The translations under genes and the position numbers were made by a program. A stretch of 64,000 bases of DNA from Sphagnum compactum (Eukaryota). The stretch is taken from NCBI GenBank assembly GCA_965153455.1, contig OZ234494.1, positions 1,674,001-1,738,000 on the forward strand, in the 5' to 3' direction. The notes under the pieces were generated by a model, which searched no databases, was not told where the DNA came from, and saw only the letters and a list, made by a program, of their open reading frames with translations. Positions 25,001-36,553 of this stretch are shown here, piece after piece (position 1 is the first letter of the stretch; every line of letters starts with the position of its first letter).

Positions 25001-26462
25001 AAGGAAGTTCGACTAGCAAGCCGCCGGGATGCATTTTGCCAAAGAGGTGAGGCAAAACATTCAAAATGGAGCCAAGTCCCACTTCCATTTGCGAAATGGA
25101 TTATTGTGGTACGAACAAAATTGACTCTATGTGTCGGAAGGGAAGATGAGGGACACCCTCTTAAAGGAATGTCATGATGGACCGCTTGCACGCCATGGTG
25201 GTGCAAAACGCACCACAACATTCCTAAAGAAGTCTTACTATTGGCCTAACTTGAAGGATAATGCGGAGGATTATGTGAAGACTTGTTTAACTTGCCAACA
25301 AAACCGAACCCTCAACAAGAAGCAAACGGGTTTGTTTCAACCTTTGCCAATTGCCGAAGGGCCGTGGGAAAGTGTGTCCATGGATTTCATGGTAAGCTTG
25401 CCCCCATTAAGGGGATTTGATGCCATCATGGTGGTGGTGGATCGATTTAGCAAGATGGCACATTTCATTCCCACAAAGGATGAGGCCACGGCCCAAGAGA
25501 TAGGTAGGTTGTTCTTCACATATGTCTTCAAGCACCATGGCCTCCCAAAGGACATAGTTTCGGATCGAGACCCGAAGTTCACAAGCAAGTTTTGGCGAGC
25601 CTTGTGGAAGCGTATGGGGTCGGAACTCAAGATGAGCACTTCATTCTGCCCCCAAACCAATGGACAAATCGAGAGGGTCAACTTAGTGATCCAACAATTC
25701 TTAAGAAATTATGTGGCGCCGGACCAACAAGATTGGGTGGACCATTTGGAGTTAGCCGAGTTTTGTTACAACTCGGAACATTCTGCAACTGGGTCCACCC
25801 CATTCCAAATGGTGACGGGCAAGTCACCAATTGTGCCCATGACTTGAGCAGCACAAGGACAAACCCCGAGTGATGTAAGTGAGGAAGTGCCAATGGTCAC
25901 ACAACTTGATGAAGAAAGGCGGCGCTTGTGGGAGGTGGCCAAGGCCAACTTGGAAAAGGCGCACAAAAGGTATAAGGATTTTGCGGACAAGTCCCGACGA
26001 GAGGTGAAGTTTCAAGAAGGGGATGAAGTGTGGTTGAACATCAAGAACTTCCGGTTACCAAAAGGTTTAAGTCATAAGTTCTTGGGCCCATATGCGGGCC
26101 CATTCAAAGTGTTGGAAAAAAAACTTTCCGACACTTATAAGTGAGAACTATCGGAAAATCTTAGAGTTCATCCCACATTTCATGTTTCTCTTTTGAAGCT
26201 AGTCTCCTGCGATGCCTCAAGGCCTAATCGAGAGCAAAACTCAAGGCCCCCACTTGATTTGGTTCATAATGAACCAGAGTTTGAAGTGGAGGCCGTGCTC
26301 AAGTCAAGGCAATTAAGAGGACGAGAGCGGGAATACCTAGTTAAGTGGAAAGGATACCATGCAATAGAGGCTTCTTGGGTAACTGAATCTGATATGGAAC
26401 ATGCCCAAGAAGCCATAGGAGAATTCCACATTAGACCGACAAAAAAGAGACGTAGAACGTGA
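22006..26462 (+). pseudogene. gag-pol polyprotein, broken by stops and frameshifts
   Basis: Zn knuckle CFNCNKMGHYSKDC; protease LLDTGASHNF; RT motifs [31 protein letters not shown] and YIDD; RNase H DASDFAIG..EKE..WTD; integrase H..H..CLTC, SMDF..VSDRD..NGQIER; chromodomain FEVEAVL..EYLVKWKGY..SWV. Lesions lie near 22581, 23172, 24195, 24330, 25035, 25845 and 26142. Confidence 0.95.
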
Positions 26463-27254
26463 TGAGGACATTACCTTTCTTTTAGTGGGGCAACGTGTTA
26501 CATAAAATGTACCACATCAAGTTGTAAGCGAAATAAAGGCAAAAACTTCCAAGAAATTGTATCACGAGAATTTTATATAAGTGCAAATAGGGTTGTCAAA
26601 TGGCATTGGACGAATGGAACTATCTTGCGTAGGCCCAAATCAAAATTGGACTCCTACTTTCGGGTTAAGGCAACTTGGCCCCAAAAGAGGAGGCAAGCAA
26701 GGTGAGCTTGCGGGGACATGCACATGCTTTAAGTGCATACCAAAGGGTTGGTTGGTAGTGGCGGCCAACGCGGGAAGTCATGATCCCGCTCGCGTTCTTT
26801 AATCGTGTAATTTGGGACTTCGGTTTTGGCAAGACCCAAATGTTATTTCTCGTACCTTCATAAGCAAACCTTTTAGTTAAGGCTTGGTTGTTATGACCAA
26901 GGCGCGAGATTGGGAAAGGAGTCATGTCAAGTAACTTAGGTCAAGAGTAGATTTGACTTGAGTTCCTCATGGGGGGAAGAATGGAAAAATTCCTCCCAAA
27001 TGAGGGGCTTCGTCAAATTAGGCTAGTTTAGTCCTCTTTTGACGAAGCATTGGAAGAGGGTTTTTTAGGAGACCTTCTTGGACTTGTCAAAAAAAGTGTT
27101 GGAAACTTGGGGATGCCTAAGTTAGCTTGAGACAAGGTCCAAGCCGCAAAAGTCGGCAAAGATGGCCAAGGATCCAAAAAAAAACAATCGCAATTGTGAG
27201 AGAAAATTCTAAATGTCAATGAAGACATTGACCTTTTCTTCTAGTGGGGGAAAG

Positions 27255-27895
27255 TGTCGCAACCCCACTTTGAGGCAAATGTGAGGATGAAACTCACACT
27301 CCCGAAAGTGGGGACTTGGAGTCCTCCGGGACTCCCGAAAATTCAGAGCTTGATTGCATGGGTCAAAACACCTCACATTGAGGTGTTCTTTATACCGTTG
27401 GAAAGCTCTTGAAGAGAGCTACAAGATTGATTTAGACCTCATCCCAATCAGAGGTCTGAGCTGGGAGCTATGAGCTTCCAAACTCCCAAGAGTCCAAACC
27501 GGGACAGTTTCGAGACTCCTTGGGAATCCCGGGACAAAAAGCCATTCGGATGCGGGTGCTGCGGGCGAACGCAGAGAATACTGTATGGGGGAAGGTGATG
27601 GCTTCCCCCGAGTCCGGGCCGTGATGAGTCTTGTGAGTCCAGAGTTGCCCGTGGCTTGTCCTAGCACCAAGGGTGCTCTAGAAAGTGAACTAACCAACTT
27701 ATTGGTTGGTTTTAATGCAGATTCAAGTAAGTAAGTAAGCTTGTCACTCTTCCTAGTCCCATCCCGAGGCTTCAGCACGCCCCTCTACCCCTTTTAGTGC
27801 TAAAGGCTGGGAGCGTGCCTCGAGTCCCTCACTTTTCCGCAACGTGAGTAAGTTAGCCCCATCTTGGGACTAACTAGGGACTTGGGAGTGCGTCA
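27255..27895 (+). repeat. 3' LTR (641 bp, internally deleted relative to sister LTRs)
   Basis: Runs TGTCGCAACCCC...GTGCGTCA, immediately after the polypurine tract. Confidence 0.92.
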
Positions 27896-28507
27896 GTAAA
27901 TAACTATTAGGAAATTTATTATTGATGATTTAACTATTAATGAATTCATGATTAATGAATTCAATTAATTATGGTGAATTCAATTAGCTATAAATGAATT
28001 CATTTGTCCGTAATAATTCGTCTTTGTTTACTAAGAAATCACCCACTTTTACCATGATAAATTTGTACAATTTCACTCAAAATATAATGAAACACAAAAT
28101 GAACTTGGATGCATATTAATGTAGTGATTGTACGTGTAAGGTCCGTACATGAGTTGCAAAATAGTTATTGATGATTGTTTCATGTATTTCAATTGTATTA
28201 TAGTTGTCATATGTGATTCTTGTGTAATTTGATAACAATGTTAAACATGGTTAACCATAATTGTACATGGTGCATACATTCACCTATATAAGGGTCCATT
28301 TTTGTGATTAACATGCAACTACAATGGAATTCCATGAATTTTTAATGTGACATTTTATTTTTAAATTCTTTTTATTTCCATGGGATAATTGCAACGTAGT
28401 TTTAGATTAGTTATTTCAAAGTTCTAGTTGCAAATTAGTGAGGTTTTCGTGGATATGACTTCTTTTAATGAAGTGAAAATTGAAAAGATATGGCCTTTAT
28501 GGTTATG

Positions 28508-28764
28508 GGGTGAAGACCCTTTAAGGTGTACCACACATGATGATTGTAGTTCTTTTCTACCTTATGTTTTGATCCCCATAAAAAATAATGAATCAAAAGT
28601 TGTCAAAAATTTTAAAAGGACTATATTTTAGACCTTCACAATTCTAGATTCCATCATAATCATCCATAAATGTGTCTTTACATGGTAAAAAATGACTAGG
28701 TATAAAAGACAAAAAAGGGTGATGATGTGATAAGATTTTGGTACACCTTAAAGAATTTGCACCT
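28508..28764. mobile_element. MITE with 26-bp TIRs and 4-bp TSD (TATG), copy 1
   Basis: TIRs GGGTGAAGACCCTTTAAGGTGTACCA ... TGGTACACCTTAAAGAATTTGCACCT. TATG at 28504-28507 and 28765-28768. Confidence 0.85.
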
Positions 28765-29674
28765 TATGGGAAGGCATAAATACCTTACTTGAAGTTGATA
28801 ATAAAAAAATTGCATTTGACATTGTTGTGGAGAAGCTTGCTAAGGTTGGGGGGCATTCATTGAAAAGATGAACACAAATCAATATTCCACATCTTCCAAA
28901 TGAATGGCCAAAATGGAAGTTTTGAAGAAAAATTTGCCATCAAAATCAAAAGTTTTACAATTGAAATAGGAATTACAAGTTGCAAAAGAATTTAAGGCCA
29001 TTGAAGAAACAAAATTTGAAGTTGTCACCAATTTGCATCAACTTGAGTGGCTGCGAGTTTCTAAACCATGGATTTTGAAGTTCCAAGGAGAGGTATTTTA
29101 GTTGTTATAATTGTTTCCATGGAGTTGGAAACCTCTAAAAGTAATTTTGAATGGGCACAAAAGGAGAAGCAAAAGTTGGTTAACTAGTTACGAAATGTTC
29201 ACACGTTGTTGGAATCCACACAAGCTTCATGGTTAAAGGGGAAGGAGAAAACAAAACATTTCAAATTTGAAGATCATCATTATGAAGCGGCCTATATTGT
29301 TGAAGCTTCCTCTAACTTCAAGGAATCTCCTAATTTTTCCCAACTTGTAAATTCATAATCACCCAAATCAATTATTGAACATTTAAGTTAGAATTGATGC
29401 ATTGATAGCTTAAAATATGCAAGAACAATGTTTACAAAATTTGACTACTAAGCATGAAGTTTGATATAAGAAGTTGGGGGCTGAATTGGATATAAAAGAA
29501 TTTGAGTTCAAAAATCTTGAACAAATTAAGGAAAACCTTTTTTGAATTATAATACAACTTTTCAAGGGAGTAGCATGTTGCACTCATATAAAAAGGAAAT
29601 GGGTCAGTTTTACACCTTCATCCCTTATGCAACCATGATGTCAATTTTGAGACCAAGTTTCCTCAAGATTACAC

Positions 29675-29760
29675 CATGCATTATATGTTTGTGTGGATTC
29701 CCACACAATGATATAATAATTATTGTGTGTGGACATCCGTACCACCCATGGTGTGCTTCA
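29675..29760 (+). pseudogene. RING-H2-like zinc-finger fragment
   Basis: CIICLCGFPHNDIIIIVCGHPYHPWC fits C-x2-C...C-x-H-x2-H-x2-C. The last Cys pair is not intact. Confidence 0.55.
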
Positions 29761-30214
29761 AACATAATAGTAAATGCACAAAATTTCATTATAAGATTGA
29801 GATGTCCTCGAAGTGGTACAAACATTACACCAATATATTGTGTCCCACTTCACTTTATATTTCCATTTTGAGCAAACTTGGACAAATTTACCATAGCAAA
29901 AATAGCCAACCTTTTAGTGAAAAGGGACTAGTTGTTTTGGACAAGTGAATTCATTAATAATTAATTGAATCCATTAATAGTTAATTCATTAATAATTAAT
30001 GGAATTTATTAATAACTAATCAAATTCATTGATAGTTAATTCCTTAAACTAGCCTCATAATTCATAGTTAGTATAGGTTAGGCACTTAGGTTAAACACTT
30101 AGCCACCTAGCCATTTAGGATCTAAACCTAATCACCTAAGCTATGAACCTAAGCTAGGTGAAACACTTTAGAACTTAGGCTAACACAAGTCATCTAGCCC
30201 ACCAACTTAGGGTG

Positions 30215-30292
30215 CAATTGTGAAGGTTTGAACCTTTCATCTTCCTTCGTTTCCATGTTTAAGGAACACATACTTAACCACTGGACCACTGT
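30215..30292 (-). other. tRNA-derived (SINE-head-like) Pol III promoter relic
   Basis: A box TGGTCCAGTGG (30288-30278) and B box GGTTCAAACC (30234-30225), 43 nt apart. No intact cloverleaf. Confidence 0.45.
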
Positions 30293-30329
30293 TAAAATAA
30301 ATGAAATGATTTGTCAGCACATATTATTA

Positions 30330-31870
30330 TGCACATTTTTTTCTTAACCTATGGGTAGGCTACCATAAGCTAAGTTCCTATGTTAATATTAGGCTATTCC
30401 ACCATAGGCTATTTTTAGCTAGTGTAGGCTACCTTAGGCTATTCCTAAGCAACCATAGGTTAAGATTTTAAGTTAGTCTTTGGGTATCTTAGATTATTTG
30501 ACCTTAGGTTATTCTTAGCTATTCTACCTTTGATTATTATATAATATACTACCCTAGGTTATTTTTAAATTAGTGTAGTCTACTTTAGGCTATTATTAAA
30601 CAACCATTGTTAAGATTTTAAGTTAGTCCGAAGGTATTTTGAACTATTTGACCTTCGATTATTATTAGTTATTCCATTGGCCTTGGTTATTTTAAATTAT
30701 TTTACCCTGGGTTATTTTAGGTTATTCCATTTTAAGCAATTATAAATTAAAATATTTTTGATAATTTTAAGTTATTCCACTGGCCTTGGTTATATATAAG
30801 TTATTCCACCTTAAACAATTATACATTAAAATATTTTTTGGTTATTGTAAGTTATTTCACTATAAATTATTCTATGGTATTGCACCCTAGGTTATTTCGT
30901 GGTTATTAATGACTATTCCAACTTAGTTTATTTTAGGTTATTTTACCGTACAATATTTTTTGGCTATTCCACCTTAATTATTTTAAGTTATTTTTTGTTA
31001 TTCCACTTTAGGTTATTCTAAGTTATTTTCATTTGTTCGATCATATGCTATTATAAGCTATTCTAACTTAGATTATTCTTAGTGATTTTAGGCTATTCCA
31101 CTTTAGACTATTTTAACTGAGGCTATTTTTGATTTTTTATTATTATAAGTTATTCCACCATGGGCTATTCTTAATTATTCTATGTTATTCCATTGTCGGT
31201 TATTTTCAGTTATTGTATGTTATTCCACCTTAAGTTATTCTAAGTTATTTTTTATTATTCCCCTATATCATCCTAGGTTATTTTTTACTATTTTGGGTTG
31301 TTTCACCTTAGGTTATTTTAAGTTATTTTATCTTAAGTTATTTGTAATTATTATAGGTCTTTTCACAATAGGTTATTTTTGTCTTTTTAAATTATATTTA
31401 ATTATTTTAAATTATTTAACCCTAGGTTACTTTTAGCTATTTAAAAAAAAATTATTGTTTTAAACTATTTCACCCTAGGCCATTTAAAACTATTTAAAGT
31501 TATTTTTTATTATTGTAAGTTGTTCCACCCTTGGTTATTTTTGGTTATTTTAGGGTACTCAATTTTAGATTATTTTTACTATTAAATGTTAATCCACCTT
31601 AGGTTATTTTAAGTTATTCTACCTTAGGTTATTCTAGGTTATTTCACCTTAAGCTATATGAAGCCATTTGAAGCCATTTAAAAATATTCTACCAAAAGTT
31701 ATTTTTGATTATTTTCACCAATTACACCCTAGGTTATTTTTGGTTATTGTAAGCTATTCCATTTAAAATTATTATAGGTTATTCCACCCTAGGATATTCT
31801 CAATTATTTAAAGTTATTCCACCTTAGGTTATTTTAAACTATTTTTTGGTATTTCACCTTAGGTTATTGC
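30330..31870. repeat. Degenerate AT-rich satellite-like array, unit ~TTATTCCACCTTAGGTTATTTTAAG
   Basis: Dozens of TATTCCACC(T/C)TAGGTTATT variants. The array resumes at about 32595-32700 after the MITE. Confidence 0.8.
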
Positions 31871-32590
31871 ATATTCATAATTATGGTACCTTTTTTTGGA
31901 CATATCAAGGAATTTATTTTTTTTATCTTCCAAATATAAGCTAAATGGAATAAATTTAATTGAAAGATATTGGATAATTCAAATTATGATAATTTTCATG
32001 GTGGTTGTGATTTTTCACATGTGTATTAATTATGCATACATATTTTGGTAAAAAACCATAAATGTAAAAAATGAATACATAAGCTTTTGTATACAACTTA
32101 ATATGTTTTGTTGCATGAGAATTTAATGCGCATTTTGTCAACATTTGGGGCCACAAATTTTAAACCTAATCAATACAAAAAATTAACCAAATGGAAAAAC
32201 TGAATTGTCTTTTCAAAATGGATTATGTAGCCTTCAAAATTTATTTTTTATATTATTTTATCAAATGCATTATATAATCATTGCCAAACATAGATGTATA
32301 CATTATTTATCCATGAAAGAAAATTGAAGTTAATTACATTGTTTAATACATTCATTTTGATTCCTTTAAGATGAAAATGATTGTTAATACAAGGATTCGA
32401 AAGGACATCTAAATTATATCTAATATATTCTTGGATTTTTTACTAGATTAACATGATATCATTTTAGTTATAGTCATATACCATTCCACTATAATCATGA
32501 AATAATAAATGTAATAAAAATCTAAAATAATCATTTGAAGTCCTTTTTTTGTTAGATTATTTTTTTGGGTACCCTGATTGTGAATATGCC
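31868..32590. mobile_element. ~720-bp TIR element (MITE, possibly Tourist-like) inserted in the satellite; relative at ~49070-49780
   Basis: TIRs GCATATTCATAATTATGGTACC / GGTACCCTGATTGTGAATATGCC. Internal blocks (TTTTCACATGTGTAT, GGGCCACAA, ATTTATCCATGAAA, CCACTATAAT) are collinear with the 49 kb copy. Confidence 0.65.
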
Positions 32591-35500
32591 TTATTATATG
32601 TTATTCTCAACTATTCTACCTTATGTTAATATGTTACATTTAACCTTAGACTATTTTCAATTATTCTAGGTTATTCCACCTTAAGATATTTTAATTGAAA
32701 TTATTTTTGATAACCACCAATAAGTTTAATCACATCACAAATTTACTAGTTTCATAGGTTTGTTCAAAATTCCCACAAAATTTGTTATTTCATGGGGGGT
32801 AAAAACATAGTCAAAAGAACCATTTAGGTGAATGGACACTCCTTAAAACTTCATTTTTGTATATTTGAAAAATCACAAGTGAAGCATAATAGTTTGGATT
32901 ATCATTGTTTTTTTGGAATATTTTTCATTAATTGCAAAGTTTACATGCTCAAAGTTTGACACAAATCAAAAGTGTTTTTGCATGTTTAATGCATTCAAAC
33001 CTCGAGAATGGATAATCCTTGGTTTTTTTAAAAAGTCTTTTTTCCTACCTAATGCACCATTCCTTTTAAAAATTGGAGAAGATTTTAACATTGATGATTA
33101 GAAAGGCAAAAAGACTTGAATTGATGAAAATTATTTTTTTAACCAATTTGAGCACATTTGGTTCAAAGTGTTTTTGACCTTGAAAATTATGGATTTTGAA
33201 AACGTGACTTTAATAGAAGTTGTTCATATTTATGTGATAAAGGTCATGAGTGCATGGTATACATGATATAAAATCAATTTGAGGTCAAAATGTATTCATA
33301 TCTAAAATGCAGTGTTAAATGGGGTACTTAAAATACAAAATTTAAAATTACAAACCAACACAAAAATGACACGTGTCATGTGCAGTCCTTGGAAAAGGAC
33401 TTTTACTTTGGCACCCTTGGCTCCTTAGACCATGTTTTCACCTTGGGGTCATGCTTTTTGCACATTGATGTCATGTGGTTAAAACATGTATATTCACGTA
33501 TGAATAAGATGAAATATTTCTAAATGATTGAAAATATTTCATCTTAATTATATGTGCATCATATGTATTTTTGATGCATGACATCTATGTAAAAAAAAAA
33601 CTCATGAAATAATGATTTTCACATGATTTCTATTATCAAATCATGGGATGGGAAGTTTGTGATTAATGAATATATTGTTACATGCACAACACAAAGGAAG
33701 TAGTGTGGCTTTGGCACCTTTTTAAATGATTTGGGATTTTTAAAAAAAAATTCAAACATATGTATTCAATGATAATCAATTTTCCATCAAATCAATGGTT
33801 TTTTAGGAAAAAATCACCATTTTTTGATAAAAACTTTGATTTTTTTGTTTCTTGTAATGTACTTTGAACTAATTTTGCTAATTTTTGTTAAATTTTTCTA
33901 AAAGTTTGATGTGAAAAAAATGAAAAAAAAATGTCAAATTAACATTAATCTTGAGTTTCATTGAAACATGAAACAAATTGGTGTATTCTTATGCATTATG
34001 TTTCAACTCAAGAACATATTGTTGATATTTTCATTAAATCAAAGACTCCAAAAAAATTCATTTGATTAATGATGTGGGAGCTACTTGACATGTTCAATTG
34101 ATTATGCTTCTTATTGATGGGAATGTTTAAGTATACTAATGGATATGAAGGATTTGTTGTGGTAATCCACTTTGAATAAGACCTCACCATTTTTGTTCTT
34201 GCAAAGCTTTCAACTTAGTAATCGAAAATAATAATTTTAGTTAGTTTAATTAGTCAATCTTTTTGTTTAGTCATAAGCGGAGGGTGTTAATTAATTTCTT
34301 GTTAGTGGCAACATTCAAATTTCATATTGAGAAGGCCATATAATTGTGAGCATGTAACATTATTAAAATTTCAATTGATCATTGTTATAAATGAACAACA
34401 ATGTTTCTAATTTCATATTTTTCATGCATGTTTTCTTTTTAAATGCATGTTGTTTTTAAAAGCACATGCATGCTTAATAGACATAGATCTCAACATAAGC
34501 AACATTTAGTGATCAAAGATTGTCTTGCCAAAAAATGTTTTAAAAAACAATCAAAGGATGTTGAAGAGTCAACAAAAGTTTGTAACTCATTTAAACACCA
34601 ATTTTTTTTGTTTTCTTTTAGACAAGGACAATTGGTTTGAATGTTATAAACACATGTTGCACATCATTGAGTCCTAATTGCGTTTAAATGGATAGTTCTT
34701 GAAATCAAATGTTCACACCATTTATGTTCAATAGGTTATGAGGGCAAGCATTTAAGGTATTCCTTGTCAAACAAACCCCAAAAGGTTCATAGTTTGATGT
34801 CACAATACTCAAGGCCTTCAATACTTGTATTCCCTCAAGTAAGTGAGGAGGAGGATGTTAGTATATTGCATACTTGCAATATAATAACATGCAACACAAG
34901 TTACTATTTAATTTAGCAACTATATTGGAAGGAAACCTTGAAAGGCATAACACATAATGTAATTTTAGTGTTATTTTGTGTGTTTTGTCACACTATTGCA
35001 ATTGTGTTGGCAACTATGCTCAACATTGTAACAAGCCCAAGACGTTGAACTACTGTGAATCCACAATGAATAGGTACCCACGGTTTTAGGAAGGGTTAGT
35101 AGGCCAAGATGAGGAACAATTTTAGGAAAAGAAATTTCATTAGCCAATGAGATGACTTGATAGACACCCAAGAGGTTCTATTCACCCAAATGAAATAATA
35201 ATGTGCTCACTAAACTGTGCAAGATCGAGGCAAGATGGTTACCCATCACATGATTCATTAACTTGAGATTGTGGTTAAGACTTAAGGCAAGCAGCATGCA
35301 GTGTCCAAGCATCGTCACAAAAAAAATTCATCCGCCCTATTTGAGACTGTGATGTCACTTACCTTTGCTTAGGACCTCTTCCAACTTAGGCCCCTTCCAT
35401 TTCGTCCATCTCAACATTTTCCCTCTGGCAAGAAAAGAAATGACAACACAATAATTTGAAAATCTGTATGGTGGTGTCCTTGTAAGTAAGCAAATACTAA

Positions 35501-36399
35501 GCGCCCTTTGCCCTACCCATTAATGGGCAGATGGATGGTTCAATGGGTTCCATTGAATACTCTAATGATTTAGATACATAGGTGCACTTGAAGTGGTATG
35601 CTATCCTCATTAGACTCAGGCCCCCCATTTCTCCGGGCGTATGTGCCCTTTTGTCGCCTGTATGCAAGTGAAGTGCCATGTTATGTAGCCTTTACATGGG
35701 ACCCAATTTCTTGTTTTGGGGTGGGGGAGGTGTGGCGCGACGTGGCGTGGATGGGTGTGCTTCTTTAGGATTTTTATGTTCCCACCAGTTTCCCAATGAT
35801 GCTCTCAGTGTGTTCCCCAAGAATAGGAATACCTAGACAATGAATGAGAGTGCTTATGTTGAGCAACTCATACATAAGTCATTGCTTGATGCTGCCCCAT
35901 ATATATATGTAGCTATCATTCAGTCACACAGGGTACTACACTGGGTACAGTAGAGGTTCAGCCTCGCAAACATCTAGTGGACTCATGACCTGACATTGCA
36001 CTTACGTAGTAGATACACAAAGTACCATCAAAGTTCACTACAGTCTGGTATTCCCCTTCCTCTATTCTAGGATGCCCTCAATTGAATATGTTTTGACAGT
36101 TGGGGGGAGTGTTCAGTTGGTCATGGATCTAATAGTGATGAGCCTTTTGGATTTTTATACCAAATTCTTTGTCATGTAATTACAGGCATGATGATGAAAA
36201 GTCTGACCCCCCTTCAACAATCTAATACAACTCACAGTTGTTGAGAGAGTAAGGTACACCAATAAGCAATATTGATGTCAATCATGGAGGCAGCCAGCCC
36301 TATTATAATGGCTGACAAGCTACCCAGCAGCACAGCAGTTTGGGAGCAATTAGGTCTGTAGCAGTCTAGGCAGTTGGCAGTTGTGGAATGGAATATACC

Positions 36400-36553
36400 G
36401 CAATTGGGGCTGCCATTCCTTAAGCTATACAAACTCATCACCCAACCCCCTCATTCCCTCACGTGAGAGCTGAGTGCAATGGGGGCTGGCATTCCTTAAC
36501 CTACACAAACTCATCACACGGCCCCCTCATTCCCTCGTGTGAGAGCTGAGTGC
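36400..36553 (+). repeat. 76-bp tandem duplication
   Basis: GCAAT.GGGGCTG.CATTCCTTAA.CTA.ACAAACTCATCAC...CCCCCTCATTCCCTC..GTGAGAGCTGAGT occurs at 36400 and 36476. Confidence 0.9.

Larger units (their letters stand above)
21748..27895 (+). mobile_element. Ty3/gypsy chromovirus LTR retrotransposon (probably Tcn1-like), inactivated, 5' LTR truncated
   Basis: 5' LTR remnant 21748-21955, PBS TGGTATCAGA 21958-21967, gag-PR-RT-RH-INT-chromodomain, PPT AGTGGGGGAAAG 27243-27254, 3' LTR TG..CA 27255-27895. Confidence 0.95.
27900..30052. mobile_element. Foldback-like element with AT-rich inverted terminal arrays enclosing decayed coding sequence
   Basis: 27920-27982 (ATTATTGATGATTTAACTATTAATGAATTCA..TTCAATTAATTATGGTGAATTCA) is an inverted match to about 29946-30000. 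The interior has a RING-H2-like motif at about 29675-29755. Confidence 0.5.

Noticed and set aside
22006..26462. Active retrotransposon or programmed frameshift/readthrough
   Set aside because: At least seven independent stops or frameshifts, including one just after YIDD, indicate decay rather than recoding.
30215..30292. Functional tRNA gene
   Set aside because: A and B boxes are present but acceptor and anticodon stems cannot be formed convincingly. Kept only as a tRNA-derived relic.
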